Shown in pieces: positions 52,858 through 64,000 of a stretch of 64,000 bases of DNA; within the stretch, counting starts at the first letter, position 1, and each line of letters opens with the position of its first letter. The position numbers and the translations under genes are program-made. A model generated the notes under the pieces. The model was not told the DNA's origin and ran no database searches. It saw nothing but the letters and a program-made list of their open reading frames with translations. The stretch spans positions 19,406,001-19,470,000 of the forward strand of contig OX597841.1 in the NCBI GenBank assembly GCA_951406725.2, in the 5' to 3' direction. Source of the stretch: Octopus vulgaris (lineage: Eukaryota).

Positions 52858-52898
52858 TATATGAATATATATATGGATATATATGTACATATATATAT

Positions 52899-55563
52899 AT
52901 CATCGTTTAATGTCCACTTTCCATGCTGGCATGGGTTGGACGATTTGACTGAGGACTGGCGAACCAGATGGCTGCACCAGGCTCCAATCTTGATCTGGCA
53001 GAGTTTCTACAGCTGGATGCCCTTCCGAACACCAACCACTCCAAGATTGTAGTGGGTGCTTTTACATGCCACCTGCACATGAGCCAGTCCAGCGACACTG
53101 GCAAATACCTCGCTCAAATAATTTTTTGTGGCACCAGCACAAGTGCCAATGAGGCAATGCTGGTAACTATCATGCTCGAATGGTGCCCTTTTACGTGCCA
53201 CAGGCATGGAAGCCAGTTGGCTGCTCTGGCAACAATCACGCTTGGATGGTGCTCTTGGCACCCCACTAGCACGGATGCCAGTCATCGAATATGATTTTGA
53301 TTTCACTTGCCTCAACAGGTCTTCTGAAGCAGAGTTTAGTGACCAAAGAAGGAAAAGGTACACACAAGTGGGCTGGTTACGCCCCTGGCATAGTGGCATA
53401 GGCCATGAGATCATGGTTTTATTTGGCTTGCCTGGTCTTCTCAAGCACAGCATATTTCCAAAGGTCTCGGTCACTAGTCATTTCCTTGGTGAGGCCTAAT
53501 GTTCGAAGGTCGTGCTTCACCACTTCATCCCAGGTCTTCCTGGGTCTACCTCTTCCACAGGTTCCCTCAACCACTAGGGTGTGGCACTTTTTCACACAGC
53601 TGTCCTCATCCATTCTTGCCACATGAGTCCAGTCGTCTCTCTTGCACACCCCATCTGATGCTTCTTAGGTCCAACATTTCTCTCAAAGTACCTACACTCT
53701 GTCAAGTTTGCACACTGACATTACACATCCATCGAGGCATACTGGCTTCATTCCTTGTGAACTTACGCATGTCCTCAGCAGTCGCGGCCCATGTTTCACT
53801 GCCATGTAGCATGGCTGTTCGTACACATGCGTCATACAGTCTACCTTTTACTCTGAGCAAGAGGCCCTTTGTCACCAGCAGAGGTAAGAGCTCTCTGAAC
53901 TTTGCCCAAGCTATTCTTATTCTAGCAGCTACACTTTCAGTGCACCCTCCCCCACTACTGACTTGGTCACCTAGGTAACGGAAGCTATCAACTACTTCTA
54001 GTTTTTCTCCCTGGAATGTGACGGAAGTTGTTCTCTGCGCATTTTCAGTGTTTATAGCTCCTGAGCATCTGCCACATACAAAAGCTATCTTCCCAGTTAG
54101 CCTTCCTTTGATATTACTGCATCATGTGTCCATAGCTTACACTGGGTACATCTTATAGAGTTTCTACCTACACCTTTACTACAGATCGAGCAGGGCCATC
54201 TACCTGAAGGGATTTGTGGTTTGCCTGCCTGCCTACTTATTAGGACTTTGGTTTTAGCTAGGTTGATTCTAAGGCCCTTCGATTCTAATCCTTGTTTCCA
54301 CACTTGAAACTTCTCCTCTAGTTCTGATAGTGACTCAGCAATTAGAGCAAGGTCATCAGCATAGAGGAGCTCCTAGGGGCATCCTGTCTTGAATTCCTCC
54401 ATTATTGCCTGGAGGACTATGATAAATAGGAGGGGGCTGAGGACAGAACCTTGGTGGACCCCTACCTCTACCCTGAATTCTTCAGTGTACTTGTTGCCAA
54501 CCCTCACCTTACTTACAGCGTCTCTGTACATGGCTTGCACAGCTCTCACTAACTATTCATCTATCCCTAGTTTCCTCATTGACCACCAGATAAGGGATCG
54601 GGGGACCCTGTCAAAGGCTTTCTCCATGTCAACGAAAGCCAGGTACAGGGGCTTATCTTTGGCTAGGTATTTCTCCTGCAGCTGTCTTACCAGGAATATA
54701 GCATCAGTGGTGCTTTTCCCTGGCACAAAACCAAACTGCATCTCATCTAAACTAACTCTCTCTCTAATTAGTTGGGCTATGACCCTCTCCGTAACCTTCA
54801 TTACCTGATCCAACAACTTGATACCCCTGTAGTTATTTGTATCTAGGGCGTCACCTTTACCTTTGTAGCAGCTGACTATTATGCTGCTACACCAGTCATT
54901 GGGTATGACTCCTTCGTGTATCACCTGGTTAACTATACGGGTGACTAGGCTATAGCCGACACTGCCAGATATTTTGAGCATCTCTGCAGTAATTCCTGAT
55001 GGGCCTGGGGCTTTCCCTGTCTTCATGCTTCTAATTGCCTTAGCTACCACAGAACTATCAACTCGGATAGCTGGTCCATCTGTTGGGTCGACATTCGGCA
55101 GACTCTCTTTATCCCATTCATTTTCTTTATTCAGCAACCTTTCATAGTGGTGTCTCCAAACCTCTCTCTTTGCATCCTCGTTTCGCACAAGTGAACCACC
55201 ATCCATGCGAACACATTTCTCTCCTACCACATCACGATTCTCTCTCACACACTGTCTTACAACACAAAATACTTCAAGTCTTTGGTCCTCACGGCACAGA
55301 ACATTGGCAAATTTTTTCTTATCTGCTTCCCCTCTGGCTAAATAAACCTGTCTCCTAGCTTCCCTTCTGGCAGTCTGATACAATTCCCTGCTACCACCGT
55401 TCCAGTCCTTCCAAGCCTGTTTCTTTTGTCTAATATCCCTGTCCACCACATTGTTCCACCACCACGTTACTCTGGGTCGAGATGGGACTTTGCTCCATCC
55501 ACAGATCTGGTCAGTGGCTGTCAGCAGATTGTCCCGTAGAAATCTCCAGTTGTCTTCCACATT
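52899..55563 (-). mobile_element. RTE LINE family 1, second long 5'-truncated copy (disabled)
   Basis: [11 protein letters not shown]...RT motifs nearly identical to 29337-31490; stops at 54553 and about 54374, frameshift inside the PHD region. Confidence 0.95.
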
Positions 55564-56150
<587 letters not shown>

Positions 56151-56198
56151 TATAAAACTGAGTATGTGTGTCTGTCTGTCTCTGTGTTTCCCTAAAAC

Positions 56199-57139
56199 AA
56201 TTGTTTTAACAATAAAACAGATCCTAAATGCTTTTCATCATGCATATACTAAACTTGGACTGAGCATCAACATCAAGAAGACTCACTTACTCTACCAACC
56301 TCCTCCCAATGCCCGTGTTGACAACCCGCCATCGATTCAACTCGAAGGAATTCCACTGGAAAATGTGAACCATTTCTGCTACCTTGGGAGCCATCTGTCA
56401 GCAAAGGTAGACCTCAGTGATGAAATCCAACACCGTCTGAAGTGTGCAGGAACAGCTTTCGGCAAGCTTCGAACAAGAGTTTTTGCTGATCGGGACATCC
56501 GAACTGAAACCAAACTCATGGTGTACAGGGCAGTCATTATTCCAACCCTCCTTTATGCATCCGAAACCTGGACTCAAGAAATTTCACCAACGCTGTCTTC
56601 GGAAGATCCTTAACATCAGCTGGGAAGACAGAAGAACTAACGTCAGCGTGCTACAAGGAGTAAAAATGACCAGCATCGAAGCCTATGTCATCAAAGGCCA
56701 ACTAAGATGGAGCGGCCACGTGGTTAGAATGACTGACGAATGACTTCCCAAACAGATCTTCTACTCCCAACTCAAAGACGGCAAGCGTACAAAAGGAGGC
56801 CAGAAGAAACGCTACAAGGACTCCCTGAAATCGAACCTCAAAAAGTGTGACATCGACTTCACTAACTGGGAGGAAACGGCAAAAAACAGACCACTCTGGA
56901 AAACCACTATCCATGAGGGAATGGCGAATTTCGAGTCGAAAAGGTCTGCAGAGCTGGAGGAGAAAAGACGACGACGGAAGGAGCGCCAACAACAACCACG
57001 TGCGACTCTCCCTTCCGGCACTAGATGTCCGCACTGTGACCGATCTTTTCAAGCAAGAATTGGTCTTATCGGTCACCTACAGACTCACCAGTAAATTTGC
57101 GCGAAGACCATCATCCTCGACCTTGAGGGATTAGCATCG
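56199..57139 (+). mobile_element. RTE-clade LINE family 2, 3' part (RT thumb plus C2H2 finger)
   Basis: GLSINIKKT...FCYLGS...LLYASETW, frameshift near 56572, QLRWSGHVVRM, stop at 56741, CPHCDRSFQARIGLIGHLQTH ending at TAA 57092-57094. Confidence 0.9.
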
Positions 57140-57212
57140 ATATATACATATATACATACATATATATTTATATACACATATATATACATAGATACATATA
57201 TATATATACATG

Positions 57213-57244
<32 letters not shown>

Positions 57245-58016
57245 CATATATATTATATACCTATATATATATACACATAAATATATACACATATATATCA
57301 TATATACACATACATATATATACGACAGGCTTCTTTCAGTTTCCGCCTGCCAAATCCACTGAGAAGGCTTTGGTCGGCCTGAGGCTATAGTAGAAGACAC
57401 TTGCTTATGTATATATGTGTGTATGTGTGTATTATCATCTTTTAATGTCCATTGTCCATGCTGGCATGGGTTGGACGATTTGACCAGGGCTGGTAAGCTG
57501 GAAGATTGCTCCAGATCCCAGTCTGATTTGGGTTGGTTTCTATGGCTGGATGCCCTTCCTAATAACAAACCACTCTGAGAGTGTAATGGGTACTTGTACG
57601 TGCCACTGGCACAGGTGCCATTTGCGTGACACCAGCATCTTCCACAACTGTGATTTTACTTGGCTTGATGGTTCTTCTTCTCAACTACGACATAATGCCA
57701 ACGATCTCGGGGTCATCTGTCATTGCCTCCCTGAGGCTGAACTCTTGAGAGGAGCTTTTCACATGCCACCAACGTTGGCCTCTGCGGCACCCGACACCCG
57801 GATGCTGCTTCCCGTGTGCCAGTTCCATCACATCCGCATCAGCCATGATTAGGATTTCATTTGTTCTGATGGCTCTTCTCAACAAAAAAAGTTCTGGATT
57901 CTTTTCAACTGACTAAAAATTCTCCAGGATTGTGCCCCAGCATGGCCGTACTCTAATGATTAAAACAGAGAAAAGAGAACGAAAAAGATGTGTGTACATA
58001 CACAGGCTTGCATATA

Positions 58017-58056
<40 letters not shown>

Positions 58057-58570
58057 AATATACTGACATGTATGCCTATTGTCATTGACCTCTTTTATAA
58101 CCTCTCACCCCTTTAACACTCATATCACCCCTTTCCCTCTCTGCCACTAATCTGTCCTAATCTCTCTTGCTCTTGCCATTACTTATCTCTCATCCACTCC
58201 TCCCTCCTAACAATCTCACCCTAATCTGCTGGGGGTGTCACTAAGGATGACAGTGGTTCTCTCTTTCTGTTTGTCATGGCATTTCAATTACTTTGCCGTG
58301 TGGCACATTGCTGTACTTGAGAAGAGACCTGTCCACCACACTTGAAATGATCTCCTAAAACCAAAGGGCCACATAAAAAGCATTGGTGATGGGGCCATGT
58401 AAAAGCACCCAGTACATTCTGTAAAGTGGTTGGTGTTCGGAAGGGCATTCAGCTGTAGAAACCAACCCCAAACAGGCCATGGAACCTGGTTCAGCCCCTG
58501 GCTTTACATCTGCTATTGGACTGTCCAACCCATTCCACAATGGAAAATGGACGTTACATGATAATGGGGA

Positions 58571-58604
<34 letters not shown>

Positions 58605-59769
58605 GGTGGTGGTGGTGGTGGTGATTGCTTTTACTGTTGTTCTTGTTTACCATACAGCTGTATTCTGTCCCTCTGCCTATTGCTCATCTCTCATCCCCCC
58701 TGTCACTCAGTCCCCCTCTCAACCCATACTGTACCCAGCTTCAATGTGAACTGAAGATGGTAGCAGCCTTCCCTTTTGTTCGCTCAGCACTGGCATCCAG
58801 TAACTGCACCTGTTTGGACCTTCTGCTCCACCTCTCATTCCCCTGGGCCACTTCCTGCTACCAAATCCGATTATTTTCCATCCACCATACCATCAGCCTT
58901 ATTAGTCAACCCTCCAACCCATCTACCTGTCACCCCTTGTACCCAGTTCACTCTACCTTCTCCTCCCTTTTTCTACTGCCCCCTCACCACTCCCTTCCAC
59001 CTTGTCTACCCCTAAGCTCCTATTGCTTTTCTCCCTGGCCTCTGTCTTCCTTTGGTCTTCTTTTTACCCCTTGGGCCACATAGGCTTGCATCACCTCCCT
59101 GCCAGCTCCCTCATATTACCTTCAATCTTTGTACCCAGCTTACGATACTATCTACTCCTGCCACTCCCTTAACTCGCATCCCGGGCATCACAATCACTCG
59201 AGCATCTCACTCTGTATAGAAGCAAATGAGTGCGGGGAGGGGAGGTGGTTGTGAGTTTGGTCATGGGTGTGGACAGGCGGTTGTGTTCGTGGAGGGGCAG
59301 TTGCGAGTACAGGCAGGGTCCTTAGTACCAGATTCAATCACAAGGCTTCAGATCATTATAAAATTTATTTGAAATGTGGATAAGTAAATAATTGAAGCTG
59401 ATTATGTATAACACCTGTGTGCTATCATCATCACCATCATCATCATTGTCATCATTTTAATATCCTGTTTTCCGTTGTTTTGTGGGTTAGAATTTGTTCA
59501 GGTGGATTTTTCTACGGCCAAATACTGTTTCTGTTGCCGACGCTCACCTGTCTGGGCAAGGTAATAATACACTAGTTTGTCAGTCAACCGACAACTGAGA
59601 CTGTTATGAAGTCTTCTTTGTTTACAATGATCGGGTAACATGTGAAGACATGTCAAAAAGCCTGGACTGCAAGCATGCTTCACTGACCGTATTGGTAGCA
59701 AAGCTGTTTACAGTCAACAGAGACAGCAAGAAATACCAAATCACCCACACAAACACAAACACACATGTA

Positions 59770-60197
59770 CAGCTCATTGTTGACTTACGACCACAATTGT
59801 TTCCGACTGACCGGTCATAAGTCGGCCCATGGGCCTACATAGCTTTGTTTTATATTTTTACATTCCTAAGGGACATTCGCAGGTAGAAGTCACACACAGC
59901 ATTCTGTATTGTACTATTATACTGGCATTAGTCAAAAATTTCAGTCTCAAGCAATCGTCTTATAAACAAACACGAGGTTGCCTCGATGTCTCCGCGACAG
60001 GATTTTCATTCAACACTTGGGATAACCACAGTAGCGATCAATAACCAAACCTAGGAGAGGCATTTATTAGCTAACACCATCTGTAGACAGGTTATTTCTA
60101 AGAAATTAAACCCATTGGACTATTTATTATTGTTGGCGTACTAATTGTCATAAAGTCAATCTGTCGTAAGTCAGAAAGGTCATAAGTCGATGACCTG
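59770..60197. mobile_element. Tigger/pogo-type MITE
   Basis: TA|CAGctcattgttgacttacgacc ... ggtcataagtcgatgacCTG|TA with subterminal gtc(a/g)taagtc repeats. Confidence 0.7.
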
Positions 60198-62385
60198 TAT
60201 GCATGTTTTCTCTTTACCATTCTGGTACTGTCACGTTGTCAGGGATCACAAAGACTGTTGAGTGTTGTCAAGGCCATAACAACCTCATTAGTGTTGGTGC
60301 CATGATATAAAAATGAACCCAGGACCCTGTGTAAAGTAGCTAATGTTAGAAAGGGCACGTAGCCTTAGAAGCCATGCCAGATATAGAATGTATGAGAGAG
60401 GTGTGTTCCTCCATTAGGTGAAGAGGATAATTTGAAATATTTTTGTAGAGTCTACTTCTGAGATGGCATCTGTGTCTGGTGTCTTTTCCATAACACTTAA
60501 GCTTTTAAACCGGCCATGTCTGGGCCCAGTTATTCTACCTGCTTTTTGTTCAAACTGGTCAGACCTGGCTTCTTGCAACCACCTTGCAAAAACCTTCTAA
60601 AACCATACAATCACACCATCAGAATCCGAAAGCGAAGAGATAAGGTTTGATTAATTGGAAACAATCTTATAATAATTCTTCATAGGCACAGGAGTGGCTT
60701 TGTGGTAAGTAGCTTGCTTACCAACCACATGGTTCTGAGTTCAGTCCCATTGCATGGCACCTTGGGCAAGTGTCTTCTACTATAGCCTCAGGCTGACCAA
60801 GGCCTGAGTGGATTTGGTAGATGAAAGCTAAAAGAAACTCATTGTATATATGTGTGTGTGTGTGTTTGGCCCCACCAAGATCACTTGACAACCAATAGTG
60901 GTGTGTTTAAGTACCCGTAACTTAGCAGTTCAGCAAAGGAGACTGATAGAATAAGTATTAGGCTTACTAGGAATAAGTCCTGGGGTTGATTTGTTCAACT
61001 AAAGGCAGTGCTCCAGCATGGCTGCGGCCAAATGGCTGAAACAAATAAAAGAATGTCACTCTGTTTCTCAGCCTGTCCATAACGCTTCCACGGGATTAGC
61101 TGAAGGGGATGAGAGGAGAGGAAGGAGAGATGGCGGGGAGTGAAGTGTGTAATTATTTTGTTTTTTTGAACTAACACACACACAACACAGGCTATGCTTT
61201 CCGACTTATTGGATAAAGCTTTCAGGAATAACCCAATAAGTTCGCTGTTAATTCCATGAAACATTCACAGGTTCCACTAGTGTGAATCAATAGGTATTAT
61301 GCTAAATGGTTAATTGTGGCTTTCACTGCGTTTCGCTTGTTATATGCTCCAGCCATCTTCAGGTGTCTTGTGTTGACCTCTGTTGTATTAGAATTTTGAA
61401 CCTAATCCTTTATTTGATCCACAATGGTACACTTTTTTCATTCCACCCAGCTTTCATGGCATATGAATTCCCCCTCCTGTCACAGGATTAACTCATTTTT
61501 GCCAGCTGAGTGGACTGGAGCAACATGGAATGAAGTGTCTTGCTCAAGGACACAATGCATTGCTCGGTCCAGGAACTGAAACCACAATTGGTCTTCAAAG
61601 ACCAGATGTAGCTGGCCAACTTAGTCGCTTTTCTATATATTCTTTTATTTGTTTTAGTCATTTGACTGCGGCCATGCTGGAGCACTACTTTTGGTAGAAC
61701 AAATCGACCCCAGAACTTATTCTTTGTAAGCTGACTACTTATTCTATCAGTCTCTTTTGCCAAACCGCTAAGTTACGGGTGCATAAACACCAACATTGGT
61801 TGTCAAGCAATGGTGGGGGGACAAACACAGACACACAAACATATTCATATATATGTATATACGATGAACTTCTTTCAGTTTCCATTTTTAAATCTATTCA
61901 CAAGGTTTTGGTCACCCAAAGCTATAGTGTAAGACTTGCCCAAGGTGCCATGCAGTGGGACTGAGCCCGGAACCACATGGTTGGTAAGCAAGCTTCTTAC
62001 CACACAGCCATGACTGTGCCAAATGTATGTGTATATACAGGAAACCTCTTTCAAGAATCCTAACTTTCTTCAAAATTGTTATTTTTTATTTTTGCCTCAC
62101 TTTTAAGGTAAATAATGTAAGAAGCTTGCTTCCCAACCACACAGTTCCAAGTTCAGTCCCACTGCATGGCACCTTGGGCAAGTGTCTTCTACTGTAGCCT
62201 CGGGCTGACCAAAGCCTTGTGAGTGGATTTGGTAGACGGAAACTGAAAGAAGCCAGTCGTGTATATCTGCTATATCAGAAATCTGCAATGGCTCCCTAAC
62301 TACCATCTCAGCTATAACCTTGGAGCCCTAGTAATCCTTCACACCACTTACCTGGCGTACCTAATCGTTTAGATCACCTGTGAAC

Positions 62386-63284
62386 TAAACTGTATGATGC
62401 ATGTGTGCGAACTGCCATGCTACATGGCAATGAAACATGGGCCGTGGCTGCTGAGGACATGCGTAGGCTTGAAAGAAATGAAGCTAGTATGATCCGCTGG
62501 ATGTGTAATGTCAGTGTGTCTACATGACAGAGTGTGAGTGCCCTGAGAGAAAAGTTGGACATAAGAAGCATCAAATGTGGTGAGCAAGAGAGATGACTGC
62601 ACTGGTGTGGTCATGTGCTACGTATGGATGAGGACAGCTGTGTGAGGAAGCGCCACACCCTAACTGTGGAAGGAACCTGTGGAAGAGGTAGACCCAGGAA
62701 GACATGGGATGAGGTGGTGAAGGATGACCTTTGAGTTTTGGGGCTCACAGAGGCAGTGACAGGAGGCCGAGGCCTTTGAGATATGCTGTGATTGAGAAGA
62801 CCCAGCAACTAAAGTGAGATCGCAGCCATGGCCGATGCCAGTGTTGCATGTCTGGCCCATTTAAGAGTACCCCTGATGTGTCAGGTGATACGATATGCTT
62901 GAAAAGACCTGTTGAGTCAAGTAAAACCAAAATTGCAGCTGTGGTCAGTGCTTCCTGACTGGCTCCCGTTCTTGTGGAACGTAAAAAGTACCACCCGAAT
63001 GTGGCCAATGCCAGTGTTCCCTGACTGGCTCCCATGTTGGTGGCACATAAAAAGCACTATCTGAATGCTTTTGGTGCCAGGCCTGCCTGACTGGCTCCTG
63101 TGCCGGTGGCATGTAAAAAGCATCCACTACACTCTCAGAGTGGTTGGCATTAGGAAGGGTATGCAGCTGTAGAAACCCTGCCAGACTAGAATGGAGCCTG
63201 GTGCAGCTGCTGGCTCTCCAGACCTCAGTCAAACCGTCCAACCCATGCCAGCATGGAAAACAGACGTTAAACGATGATGATGAT
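62386..63284 (+). mobile_element. RTE family 1 3' fragment
   Basis: LYDACVRTAMLHGNETWAVAAEDMRRLERNEASMIRWMC...GRPRKTW; 3' UTR and (GAT)n tail. Confidence 0.88.
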
Positions 63285-63355
63285 ATATTTGTGTGTGTCT
63301 GAGTTTGTCCCCACCCCCAACTACCACTTGACAACCGGTGTTGGTGTGTTTGCAT

Positions 63356-63595
63356 CAGGGCTGTGGAATCAAAACAAAAACCTTCGATTCCGACTCCTCT
63401 ACCATTGGCACCTCTGACTCTGACTCTTCTTTATGTAATCAAGTGATTGTGGTCTACACATCTCATAAAGCACATGCATACGCTTGTACTTTGAGTCGGC
63501 CTATAGGTTACAACTGGTTTATATTAAGGAATAAAGACATTGTGAATCAGGATTGGAGTCAGTATAGTTTTACTGACTCCGACTCCACAGCCCTG
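63356..63595. mobile_element. TIR MITE (hAT-like ends) inserted in SINE B
   Basis: CAGGGCTGTGGA(a/g)TC TIRs, gactcc subterminal repeats, flanking duplication gtgtttgcat/gtgtttacat. Confidence 0.8.
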
Positions 63596-63713
63596 GTGTT
63601 TACATCCCTGTAACTTAGCAGTTTGGCAAAAGAGAATGATAGAATAAGTCCTGGGGTCTTATTTTCTCAACTAAAACCCCATCGAGGTGGTGCTCTTTTT
63701 TTATTTTGTGAAT

Positions 63714-63787
<74 letters not shown>

Positions 63788-64000
63788 TTGCATGGAAAAG
63801 ACATGAATTCTGTAGACAAGGGCATGACCGTACTGGAAGAGTATTTTTATCAGGGACAAATGAACCTTGAAAGAGGGGCCTTGCAAGTCTACCAGATAGA
63901 CAGAAGAGCTTTGTAGAAAATGAAGGAGAGTATATTTCAGATTAAAAAAGAACTTTGCCTCAATTTTGAAAAGTAAAAAAGTATAAAGAAACCCCATTCT

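Overview
AT- and microsatellite-rich eukaryotic genomic DNA. The SINE/LINE complement looks like that of an octopus (cephalopod), which is an inference from repeat families. Two host genes are visible, both on the + strand. (1) The last 10 coding exons of GCN1 (533-20719) splice in frame through GT-AG junctions to 593 codons plus stop, followed by a poly(A)-signal cluster at about 21250-21300. (2) A 36-codon first coding exon of ribosomal protein S6 kinase (S6K/RPS6KB-type, TOS motif FDIDL) at 43118-43225, missed by the ORF track; its remaining exons were not found in the window. The rest is transposon and repeat sequence: RTE-clade LINEs (one family carries a PHD-type zinc finger inside the RT domain), a CR1-type LINE, relics of restriction-like-endonuclease LINEs, Penelope-like relics with inverted termini and minimal hammerhead-ribozyme motifs, non-autonomous Helitrons, mariner/Tigger/piggyBac/hAT-type MITEs, tRNA-derived SINEs, satellites and very long (TA)n/(CA)n arrays. 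Most long ORFs in the track are microsatellite artefacts. The best leads are the hammerhead motifs with covarying stems and the PHD-in-RT retrotransposon; neither can be shown to be undescribed without database searches.
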